Of a DNA stretch of 64,000 bases, positions 17,200-25,865 are shown piece by piece. Each line of letters starts with the position of its first letter. Positions within the stretch are counted from its first letter, which is position 1. A model generated the notes under the pieces. That model saw only the letters and a program-made list of their open reading frames with translations, did no database searches and was not told where the DNA came from. The stretch is taken from NCBI GenBank assembly GCA_951812955.1, contig OX638340.1, positions 2,432,001 to 2,496,000 on the forward strand, given 5' to 3'. Source of the DNA: an uncultured Gemmatimonadota bacterium (GTDB lineage Bacteria > JAAXHH01). A program made the translations under genes and the position numbers.

Positions 17200-17850
17200 T
17201 TATGACATAACGGCTTGTACCAGGCCGTTTAGCGCGACGTATGCCAGGATCACGCCGACTGCTTTGAACCTGGGCATCAAGCAGACCCTGTGCACCGCTT
17301 CGATGGCAAAAGCGACCACCAGGGTCAAAGCAATATACCGACCGTATCGAATCCACTTAAGCAACCCGATATCCTGCATCTTCGTGATCTCGCCGGGCAA
17401 TTGATCGATCGTGGCCAGGTTCGACAGTCCGACATAGACCATCTGGTCTGAAAACGCAAGCATGAGAACGACCGCCATGATCGAATACACTGTAACCGGG
17501 GTGTATGCGACACCCAGCCATCCAAACAGCGCGCGATGACGACGTCTACTGTTCAATAGCGCAACAACGATCATTACAAACAGCCAACCGAACACGAAAA
17601 TCACGATTTCGCCCAATGTGACGCCCAATATCATGGTTATGAACATAACTGAGAATAACTGTGCATATGTTTCGGTAAGATGATCCGGTATTTGTCCTGC
17701 AACTGACCTGAAAGTCAGAAAAAGTACGATCCCGTTCATAAGCAAGTATATGACAAACATGCCGATGCCCGTCGAGAGCGGTTCGGTTACACTGATTGAT
17801 ACCAGCCTGTCGGATGCCCTGCGTGGAATTTCCATTTTCTGTCCGTTCAA
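17200..17850 (-). CDS. Polytopic membrane protein (possibly Yip1-like), hypothetical
   Basis: 216 aa with 5-6 hydrophobic helices. It follows the SpoIIM-like gene with a 4-nt overlap. Confidence 0.45.
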   Translation of the reverse strand: MNGQKMEIPRRASDRLVSISVTEPLSTGIGMFVIYLLMNGIVLFLTFRSVAGQIPDHLTETYAQLFSVMFITMILGVTLGEIVIFVFGWLFVMIVVALLNSRRRHRALFGWLGVAYTPVTVYSIMAVVLMLAFSDQMVYVGLSNLATIDQLPGEITKMQDIGLLKWIRYGRYIALTLVVAFAIEAVHRVCLMPRFKAVGVILAYVALNGLVQAVMS

Positions 17851-18518
17851 TTGATTTTGTTCGCTATTTGTCCAGTGACAAAGGTTTCTATAATCGAAGC
17901 CACCGTGATCAGAAGGAATCCGGTGACGAGTCTGCGTACGTTCAAGGCCAACCTATCCGAATCTATGAGCCATGTATCGAACTTGAGTTTTTGGCAAAAG
18001 AGGACCAGACCTTCGCATCCCACAGCGCCGAAAAACACAAACCCCGCCAACTCAATCACGCCATGGGGTAGAATCAAAGCGGCTATGTGGTATATCGAAG
18101 CACCGGAATCAACCGCAGAAAGCGTAGACCATGCCACGATAGTTCCTGTCCAGCCCAATATCACAACACTGACCAATCCAAAGGACAGAAGGCCCAATAG
18201 TATTTTCATGGAAACGAGGAAATTGTTGCCAATAATGAAACGCCATTCATCCCCACCGTCCAAAAAGGGACGTGAATCCAGCATGAGGGTGGAGCTACCC
18301 GGATCTGTTGGTTTATTCTCAATCATATCCAGGGGCATTGCCGCTCCAACACCCAAGCCGACGATGACAGAAGCAAAGGAAATTAAAATGGGTAGTTTGC
18401 TTGGTTTGCGCGTTGACATAGATCCCACACTAGGTATCATCCATAAATTCCGAGGAAAGGATGGAGGCCATTTTCGGCCTCCATCCATCGTACTTACCAG
18501 CTTGTTAAATTCCAGCAC
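17847..18518 (-). CDS. SpoIIM/DUF95-family integral membrane protein
   Basis: 223 aa with multiple TM helices. Its overall pattern resembles the stage II sporulation protein M / DUF95 family. Its start overlaps the 3' end of the peptide gene by 14 nt. Confidence 0.45.
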   Translation of the reverse strand: MLEFNKLVSTMDGGRKWPPSFPRNLWMIPSVGSMSTRKPSKLPILISFASVIVGLGVGAAMPLDMIENKPTDPGSSTLMLDSRPFLDGGDEWRFIIGNNFLVSMKILLGLLSFGLVSVVILGWTGTIVAWSTLSAVDSGASIYHIAALILPHGVIELAGFVFFGAVGCEGLVLFCQKLKFDTWLIDSDRLALNVRRLVTGFLLITVASIIETFVTGQIANKIN

Positions 18519-18789
18519 CTATAAACACGGCGCCAACACCGGTTCCAATGCCAACGCTGGCCACGAGACCATAGCCGGCTGCTGTCAGCCAACCAATTGT
18601 TCCACCACCAGCCAATCCACCCAGTGCAACACCGCCAACCAGGGACGCATTGGAACCCCACAAGCAGTAAGCGAGGTTCGGCGACGCTGCGATGCCCGGT
18701 GTTTCAGCCAGCGGCGAACTGGCCGTTGAGTTGACGCTCGCGCCTGCGATCAGGGCGAACATGAACACTGAGAGAATGAGTTTTTTCAT
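18505..18789 (-). CDS. 94-aa secreted Gly/Ala-rich hydrophobic peptide precursor (bacteriocin-like / glycine-zipper-like)
   Basis: The ATG at 18789..18787 has a GAGGGG SD 9 nt upstream. Sequence: MKKLILSVFMFALIAGASVNS|TASSPLAETPGIAASPNLAYCLWGSNASLVGGVALGGLAGGGTIGWLTAAGYGLVASVGIGTGVGAVFIGAGI. It has a Sec-type signal, then a ~73-aa uncharged segment with repeated GxxxG motifs. Confidence 0.55.
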   Translation of the reverse strand: MKKLILSVFMFALIAGASVNSTASSPLAETPGIAASPNLAYCLWGSNASLVGGVALGGLAGGGTIGWLTAAGYGLVASVGIGTGVGAVFIGAGI

Positions 18790-19114
18790 AATGATTTGTT
18801 CCCCTCGATTTTGGTATATATCGAACCAATGTGGTTTATCCTTCGAAAGACTCTGTAATGCCGTTAACCTCCTTTCCTCTCTCAAATTAGATTCCATCCG
18901 CCGTTCTCATTCGATGCGACGTCATTCTCTGCCCAGGTACCAGGAAACTCGGTTGCAGGTCTCGGAATGCGCAGTTCCGAGAGAAAGCGTCGATCTCTTA
19001 ACGGGGACTCGACCTAATGTTAAAACTGAATCCAGTAACTGTGACCGCAGCGATCTATCACAATTAGTCTCCGTGAATCCCCGGTTCTCGTAGACAATCT
19101 CTATTTCCTGCAAT

Positions 19115-19143
19115 AAAAAAGCCCGGCGATCGTACCGCCGGGC
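19115..19143 (-). terminator. Rho-independent terminator after the large secreted-protein gene
   Basis: The minus-strand RNA folds as GCCCGGCG-GUACGAU-CGCCGGGC followed by UUUUUU. It lies between the 19275 gene end and the peptide-operon promoter region. Confidence 0.6.
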
Positions 19144-19274
19144 GTTCACATATCCCATTCGCATTCCGATAAACCCAGTATTTTACCTCATCCCCTCCTT
19201 AGCCTCAATCTCGTCTCGTATTCTTTTTAAATCGCTGGATATTGTCTTACAGACTACGGCAGGATTCTTCTTTA

Positions 19275-21884
19275 CTACTCCCCGTCCCCATCCCCCACCG
19301 CATCCAGCAGCGCTTCCCGCGTCATGCCATCGGGAGGCGTGTTTAGGCCCGATTCCTCGCCCGGGTCGGCGACGAGCCAGATGCCGCGCTCGAGGGCGTA
19401 GCCATCTCGTTCGGAGGCCTTTTGGAGGAGTTCCTGCAGGTCTTCGCCATCCATCAGGCCCAGCAGCCCGACGGGGATCACCCGGGCGGAGATTCCCCTT
19501 TCGCGCAGGAAGCCCGCGTACCAGTCGGGAGGACGTTCATAGGAGAACACGAGAAAGGGGCGTTCCGGCGTGCCGGCGCCCCGCCAGAATCCCAGGCGAT
19601 ACCAGTCCGGCCGCAGGGAGCGGACGAAGGCGCCGTGGCGCAGCCGGGGATTGATTTCGTCCATGGACTGCCGGTACAGCGTGCCGAGGCGCTCCGCGTT
19701 GGCTTCCTGGAGCTGGATATAGGTCTCGAGGTATCCCGACTTGAGCAGCCACTCGAACCGGTCTTCCCGGTCCAGTCCCATGAGCGACCTGAATTCGTCG
19801 CCGTGGTACAGACCGTTCCGGACGAGATGCCGGATGAAGTACCGGAAATGCAGGTCGTCGAAGACGTCGGTCGCGGCATAGGCGTGCCGCGGACGCGTGA
19901 TATGGGGATCCCAGTCGTGCACGATGGCCTGCGGGGCCCCCTGGAGGCGGCTGTGCCGGGCGATGGCGCGGGCCGGCTCAAAGAGGTGGCGGTTCAGGTA
20001 TGCCATGTCGAGCCGGGAAGGCAGGTCGACGTCCTCCCCGCGGGCGTTCAGGGCGGCTGCGTAGTCGCCGGTGATCTCGCGCTCGCGAGGGGCGCTGACG
20101 CCGGCGTACCAGGCCGTCGGTGTGCCGCCCACGCGGCTGAGGATGGGCATGGCCCACGATTCGAAACGCACGTCGCCCGTCACCGCCGCGCCCCCGGTGT
20201 AACTGGCAGCCGGCGCCACGGTCCAAAGGAAGTCCATCCCGAGGCCGGGCAACGTTCCGGCGAGTTCGGACACGTGTTCATGCCGGCGGGCGATGAAATC
20301 CCAGACGCCTCGAAGCGGTACGGCATCCGTCGTGCCGGTAGAGAGGCCGGCGTCTGCCGAGTCGCCGGGACTGGGGCGGGCTTCGGCGTCCACGCTGGCG
20401 TCTGAGCCGGAACCCGGACCAGCGCCCAGCTCTGCACTTGAACCTGTGCCGGCTCCGGAACCCGTGCCGTCGCCTGTGCCCGCGCCGTCGCCTGTGCCCG
20501 CGCCGGGTCCGTCATCCGGACCGGACGCCGCGCTGCTGAGCACCCGGACCCGTTCGGGCGCCGCCGTCCTTATGGATACGTTGTTGAGGGAGAAATCCGG
20601 TTTCCGGTTGCCGGGCATCTGGGCCGTGGCATAGTCGTGTTCGGGAGACCAGTCTCCGGGGGAATCGACCAGCGCGCGGACGTAGCTCGCGAGTCCGTCC
20701 ATAAAATCATCCAGTCCTTCGAGATCGGCTTCCCGGGGGCGGATGCCCAGGGGCGGCAAGGGCCGGTCGAGCCCGGATAGCACCTGGCGGTCAACGGCAA
20801 GGACGAATCCCTCGTTCAGCCGGCCGGTCCGTCCCGCGGCCGCTACCGCCATGCGGCCGAAGGTCTCCTCGTCGCCTCGCATGGTTTCCAGGTCTTCGGC
20901 CGACCCGATCTCTTCCCGGATCTCCCGGTCGGCGAAAGCGGCGGCGATGATCTCCACCGGAACGCCCACCAGCGCGTATTCGGATCCCCAGCGGTTTCCG
21001 GACATGCGCACGGTCAGCGTGTCCTTCGCATCTGAAACGCCTTCCACCCTGCCCTTGAATCTCGCCGCGGTCCAGTCCACCGGCACGAGCCGATCCCGGT
21101 TCCGGTACTGCAGGCTGGTCCGCAGCTCCTGGTCGCCGCGCAGCAGCAGTTCGACGTCTTCTCCCGCAATCGCGTCCGCGGGGGAGATACGCAAGGTACG
21201 CCGGACTACGCGGTATTCGGGTTCGGGTTCGGGTGCGGGTTCCGGTTCGATCTCCTCTCCAGGGTCCGGCGCTTGAGGTTCCACGAGCAGCGGCTCGGCA
21301 CCGTCGCCCACGAGCAGCCGGGTGCCGGCGCGGGCGGCCACGCTGCCGTCCATGCCCCGCCCGACCGGGTGGCCGTCGGCAATTTCGAAATAGACCACGG
21401 GGTTCAGGACTGGACTGGTTTCGTGGTCGGCGTTCAGCGCGTGCAGGTTGATGTTCAGACGGGCCAAGATCTCGTTGAACTGATACCGGTCGTGGACGCC
21501 GGGATTGACCTTCCTCCGCTCGCTGTAGGGCCCGTCGGAGGGCATCGCCAGCACGAGCACTTTACCCCGCGACACGAAGTTGATGACCAGGTCCACTTCC
21601 TGGATGCTCATGCCCGGATCGCCGCCGCCCAGAAGCACGATGGCGTCGTAGTCCCGGGCGTCCCGTTCGACCATGGCCGGATAATACGGCCGGTAGTCGA
21701 CGTCGAACCCCGCTTCCGAGAACGCCTGTATCATCCCGGTGTGCTCTTCCGGATAGGCCATGGCGTATTCGACGACGAGCAGGCGGGGATCGCCGTTCGG
21801 CCCGGCGGACGGCTCCTGCCTCGCGCTTGCGGAGTAATTGGGCGCCAGGAATACAATCAGGCAGACAATCAGTTTGATTCGCAT
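19275..21884 (-). CDS. Large secreted protein of unknown function with Gly/Thr/Asp-rich repeat linker
   Basis: Signal peptide MRIKLIVCLIVFLAPNYSASA. 869 aa. The internal low-complexity repeat is GAGTGDGAGTGDGTGSGAGTGS. High GC. Confidence 0.6.
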   Translation of the reverse strand: MRIKLIVCLIVFLAPNYSASARQEPSAGPNGDPRLLVVEYAMAYPEEHTGMIQAFSEAGFDVDYRPYYPAMVERDARDYDAIVLLGGGDPGMSIQEVDLVINFVSRGKVLVLAMPSDGPYSERRKVNPGVHDRYQFNEILARLNINLHALNADHETSPVLNPVVYFEIADGHPVGRGMDGSVAARAGTRLLVGDGAEPLLVEPQAPDPGEEIEPEPAPEPEPEYRVVRRTLRISPADAIAGEDVELLLRGDQELRTSLQYRNRDRLVPVDWTAARFKGRVEGVSDAKDTLTVRMSGNRWGSEYALVGVPVEIIAAAFADREIREEIGSAEDLETMRGDEETFGRMAVAAAGRTGRLNEGFVLAVDRQVLSGLDRPLPPLGIRPREADLEGLDDFMDGLASYVRALVDSPGDWSPEHDYATAQMPGNRKPDFSLNNVSIRTAAPERVRVLSSAASGPDDGPGAGTGDGAGTGDGTGSGAGTGSSAELGAGPGSGSDASVDAEARPSPGDSADAGLSTGTTDAVPLRGVWDFIARRHEHVSELAGTLPGLGMDFLWTVAPAASYTGGAAVTGDVRFESWAMPILSRVGGTPTAWYAGVSAPREREITGDYAAALNARGEDVDLPSRLDMAYLNRHLFEPARAIARHSRLQGAPQAIVHDWDPHITRPRHAYAATDVFDDLHFRYFIRHLVRNGLYHGDEFRSLMGLDREDRFEWLLKSGYLETYIQLQEANAERLGTLYRQSMDEINPRLRHGAFVRSLRPDWYRLGFWRGAGTPERPFLVFSYERPPDWYAGFLRERGISARVIPVGLLGLMDGEDLQELLQKASERDGYALERGIWLVADPGEESGLNTPPDGMTREALLDAVGDGDGE

Positions 21885-22296
21885 GGCATTCGGATCCGGG
21901 GAGATGATATCGACCGACTTACCATATTATAACCATGCGACCTCGATCACAAGCCGATAAACGGCGAAACGCCCGGCAATAACAGGCCATGCTTGCCACC
22001 ATGGTCTCTTGATCGAAGGATACCGGGCGAACGGGTGTCTGTGCGGCGGACGGCTACGTTAGCGGTTACGTTAAAAGTAAACTGCAGACAGGGCAAAATA
22101 TCAGATTTTTAGTGACAAACGTGTGTAATGGTTTCGTTATTTGGAGACTAATACGCGTTTTTTCGCCTTTACAGCGGGATTTCGCGATTTCAAGCGCGCT
22201 TGCGGAAGATCCGCTGCGGAATCGTTCGGCCCGGAGGCTTAATCCGCACCCGGGACGGAATGAACGCGTGGTGGACATCCAGGGGAGGGCAGATAG

Positions 22297-24681
22297 TTGA
22301 GTGCTCGCGACGATCCGGTACCGGAGATACAGGCGTTGCGCGCACGCAACGACGCGCTCAACGCGGCGATCCTGCGTATCAACGCAAGCCTGGACCTCGA
22401 AAACGTCCTCAGGGAGGTCGTGGAGAGTGCCAGGGCGCTCACCGGTGCCCGCTTCGGCGCCATCACCACCATCGACGAGACCGGCGTTCTCCAGGACTTC
22501 GTCTCCTCCGGTCTTACCGAAGAGGATCATCGGCGCATGGTGGACTGGCCGGAAGGGCCGCAACTCTTCGAACACTTCCGCGACCTGCCGGGACCGCTGC
22601 GGCTCGCGGACATGTCCGAATACGTGCGCAAAATCGGTTTTTCGGCTGACCGACTGCCGAACGTCCGTTCCTTCCTGGGTACGCCGATGCGTCTTGGTGG
22701 CGAGCACGTAGGCAGCTTCTACCTGGTCGAAACGGCAGGCGGCGAGGAGTTCACGAATGAGGACGAGGAGGCCCTTGTACTGTTCGCTTCACAGGCGGCC
22801 GTCGCGATTGCCAATGCGCGTGCGCACCGTATCGAGCAGCGTACCAGGGCCGACCTCGAAGCGCTGGTCGAGACCTCTCCGGTGGGCGTCGTGGTGTTCG
22901 ATGCCGTGGCGGGCAGGCGGGTGTCATTCAACCGGGAGGCGAAGCGGATCGTGGAGCACCTGCGCATACCGGGCCGATCCTATGAAGCCATACTCGAGGT
23001 GGCGACCTGCCGCTTCGCCGACGGACGCGAAGTCGCGCTGGACCAGCTCTCGCTGTCCCGTGTGCTCAGTGGTTCCGTGACGGTGAAGGCCGAGGAGATC
23101 GTGCTTTCCACACCCGATGGGCGCAGTGTGACGATGCTCGTAAACGCCACCACGATCCGCGGCGAGGACGGCGCGGTTGCGTCGGTGGTGGTCACCATGC
23201 AGGACCTGGCGCCGCTGCAGGAACTGGACCGGACGCGGGCCGAGTTTCTCAGCATGGTGAGCCACGAACTGCGCGCGCCGCTGACTTCCATCAAGGGGTC
23301 GGCGACGACGGTGTTGAACGCCTCACGGGAACTGGACCCGGCCGAAGTCCGCCAGTTCTTCCGTATCATCGATGAACAGGCCAATCTCATGGACAGCCTG
23401 ATCGGCGATCTGCTCGATGCGGGACGCATCGATACGGGCAGTTTGTCTGTCTCCCCCGAACCCTCCGACGTCGGCGCCCTGGTGGACCAGGCCCGCAACA
23501 CTTTCCTGTCCGGAGGCGTCAGACACGACGTACTCATCGACCTGCCGCCCGATCTGCCCCCGGTTCTCGCCGACAGGAAACGCATCGGGCAGGTGCTGAA
23601 CAACCTGCTGTCCAACGCCGCACGCCACTCGGCGGCGACAACGCCCATCCGGATCTCGGCCGAACGGGACGGCGTATACGTCGCGCTCACCGTTTCCGAC
23701 GAGGGCCGGGGCATAGCGCCGAAACTTCTCGGACGGTTGTTTCGCAAGTACGGGCGCACCGAAGAAGACGCAGGCGTGACCGGAGGCCTGGGGCTGGTCA
23801 TCTGCAAGGGGCTGGTCGAGGCACATGGCGGGCGCATACGGGCCGAAAGCCCGGGCATGGGGAAGGGCACGCGCTTCGTCTTCACGATACCTGTTGCGGC
23901 AAAGGGCGGCGAAGACGCAGCGGACGGCGATGCCCGCCAGTCCTCGGGCATACCTTCCGAAGGCCGCCAGCCGACGCCTGTCCTCGTTGTGGACGACGAT
24001 CCACAGACCCTGCGTTACGTGCACGACATTCTCGCCGATTCGGGCTACTCCGCACTGGTCACGGCCGAACACAGGGATATTTCGAAAATCATCGAAGCGG
24101 AGAAGCCCAAACTGGTTCTGCTCGACCTCATGCTGCCCGAAACCGACGGGATCGAACTCATGCAGACTATTCCCGAGCTTGCCATCCTGCCGGTAATCTT
24201 CATCTCGGGCTATGGACGCGACGAGACGATTGCAAGGGCGCTGGAAGCCGGCGCCGAGGACTATATCGTCAAGCCCTTCTCACCGACCGAGCTCACCGCA
24301 CGGATCGGAGCCATCCTCCGCCGACGGGCCAATCCGGAACGCTTCGTGCTCGGCGAGCTGGCCATCGACTACGACCGCCGCGAGGTCGAAATCGCGGGTC
24401 GGCCGGTGCCGCTTACGGCGACAGAGTACGAGGTGTTGCGTGTGCTTTCGCTCTGCGTGGGGCGAATCGCTACCTACGACGCCTTGCTGCGTGAGATCTG
24501 GGGCAGGCGCGGCTTCGGCGACGCGAGACTCGTACGGGCCATCGTCAAGCGTCTTCGGAGGAAGCTCGGCGACGACGCGAACAATCCGTCCTACATCGCC
24601 AACGTGCGCGGCCTTGGCTACCGCCTGATCCGGCCGGCCGGAACGGGGGAATCGGGCGGACCGGGTGGACAGGGCGGATAG
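22297..24681 (+). CDS. Hybrid sensor histidine kinase / response regulator with C-terminal OmpR-PhoB winged-helix DNA-binding domain (GAF-PAS-HisKA-HATPase-REC-trans_reg_C)
   Basis: TTG start with a GGGGAGGG SD. GAF-like N-domain, H-box SHELRAPLTSIKG, G-boxes (…GGLGLVICKGLVEAHGGRI…), REC domain (VLVVDDDPQTLRYV…LVLLDLMLPETDG…), and a C-terminal …LTATEYEVLRVL…YIANVRGLGYRL winged helix. Confidence 0.85.
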   Translation: MSARDDPVPEIQALRARNDALNAAILRINASLDLENVLREVVESARALTGARFGAITTIDETGVLQDFVSSGLTEEDHRRMVDWPEGPQLFEHFRDLPGPLRLADMSEYVRKIGFSADRLPNVRSFLGTPMRLGGEHVGSFYLVETAGGEEFTNEDEEALVLFASQAAVAIANARAHRIEQRTRADLEALVETSPVGVVVFDAVAGRRVSFNREAKRIVEHLRIPGRSYEAILEVATCRFADGREVALDQLSLSRVLSGSVTVKAEEIVLSTPDGRSVTMLVNATTIRGEDGAVASVVVTMQDLAPLQELDRTRAEFLSMVSHELRAPLTSIKGSATTVLNASRELDPAEVRQFFRIIDEQANLMDSLIGDLLDAGRIDTGSLSVSPEPSDVGALVDQARNTFLSGGVRHDVLIDLPPDLPPVLADRKRIGQVLNNLLSNAARHSAATTPIRISAERDGVYVALTVSDEGRGIAPKLLGRLFRKYGRTEEDAGVTGGLGLVICKGLVEAHGGRIRAESPGMGKGTRFVFTIPVAAKGGEDAADGDARQSSGIPSEGRQPTPVLVVDDDPQTLRYVHDILADSGYSALVTAEHRDISKIIEAEKPKLVLLDLMLPETDGIELMQTIPELAILPVIFISGYGRDETIARALEAGAEDYIVKPFSPTELTARIGAILRRRANPERFVLGELAIDYDRREVEIAGRPVPLTATEYEVLRVLSLCVGRIATYDALLREIWGRRGFGDARLVRAIVKRLRRKLGDDANNPSYIANVRGLGYRLIRPAGTGESGGPGGQGG

Positions 24682-24737
24682 GGCGGATAGGGCGGAGCGA
24701 GCGGACACGGCGACGCTTAGACGGTTCTCCAGGTTCC

Positions 24738-25745
24738 TCACACCACCGCGAGCCGCTCCAGCAGGTCGACGCAGCGGTTTGAGTAGCCCCACTCGTTATC
24801 GTACCAGCCGCAGATCTTGACGAGGCCGTCGTCGATGATCATGGTCAGCTCGGAGTCGAAGATGCAGGAGGCGGGGTTGTGCACGATGTCGACGGAGACG
24901 ATGGGGTCTTCGCAGTACTCGAGGATGCCGTGGAGGGGGCCCTTCGCGGCCGCCGCGAAGGCGGCGTTGACTTCGTCGGCTGTGGGCACACGTTCGACCT
25001 GGGCAACGAAGTCGGTGAGGGATCCGTCGGGGACGGGCACGCGGACGGCCATGCCGTTGAGACGGCCGTTCAGCGCGGGGATCACCTCGCCGATTGCCTT
25101 GGCCGCGCCGGTGCTTGTGGGGATCATGGACAGTGCGGCCGACCGGGCCCTACGGGGGTCCTTGTGGGCGAAGTCGATGATCTGCTGGTCGCTGGTATAG
25201 GCGTGGACCGTGGTCATGGAACCGCGGACGACGCCGAAGTTGTCGTGCAGCACAGATGCCATGGGAGCGAGGCAGTTGGTGGTGCAGGAGGCGTTGGAGA
25301 TCACCCGGTGCGAATCGTTCAGGATCCCGTCGTTCACGCCCATGACGATAGTGGCGTCCACGTTGGTTGCCGGCGCGGAGATCAGCACCTTCTTCGCACC
25401 GGCGGAAAGGTGCGCCGACGCCTGTTCGCCGTCGGTGAAGATGCCCGTGGATTCCACCACGAGGTCGACGCCGCGGTCGCCCCAGGGCAGATCCGCAGGA
25501 TTCCGTTCGGAGACGATCTCGATCGTGTTTCCGTTCACCGCGAGTCCGCCGTTCACGGCTTCAACCGGATGGTCGTACCGGCCGTGGACGGAGTCGAATT
25601 TCAACAGGTGCGCCAGCGTGGCGTTGTCGGTGAGGTCGTTGATGGCGACCACGTCGAAGCCGCCGCGGTCCGTCATGGCGCGGAAGACCATGCGGCCGAT
25701 GCGGCCGAACCCGTTGATGCCGACTCTGATACCCATGGTACGCAT
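24738..25745 (-). CDS. gap: Type I glyceraldehyde-3-phosphate dehydrogenase
   Basis: [13 protein letters not shown]-binding motif and the active-site [12 protein letters not shown]. Confidence 0.9.
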   Translation of the reverse strand: MRTMGIRVGINGFGRIGRMVFRAMTDRGGFDVVAINDLTDNATLAHLLKFDSVHGRYDHPVEAVNGGLAVNGNTIEIVSERNPADLPWGDRGVDLVVESTGIFTDGEQASAHLSAGAKKVLISAPATNVDATIVMGVNDGILNDSHRVISNASCTTNCLAPMASVLHDNFGVVRGSMTTVHAYTSDQQIIDFAHKDPRRARSAALSMIPTSTGAAKAIGEVIPALNGRLNGMAVRVPVPDGSLTDFVAQVERVPTADEVNAAFAAAAKGPLHGILEYCEDPIVSVDIVHNPASCIFDSELTMIIDDGLVKICGWYDNEWGYSNRCVDLLERLAVV

Positions 25746-25865
25746 GCCTCCAAAAGTTTCGGGAAACCGTCCCGTGCTACCGGGGCCGATTTCCCTTTTT
25801 CAATTCCGGCTTCGGCCGGTTCGATGTCTATGCTTTCGTCCGCCTGCCGCGTGTTGCGCGCGCCG

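Noticed and set aside
18692-19093. 133-aa + strand ORF overlapping the peptide gene and its upstream region
   Set aside because: It has no RBS and an arbitrary composition. The minus-strand peptide gene has an SD, a signal peptide and operon context.
24655-24690. Short direct repeat GGGCGGATA x2 at the 3' end of the hybrid kinase gene
   Set aside because: It lies inside the coding region and encodes a short C-terminal repeat of the protein; probably trivial slippage.
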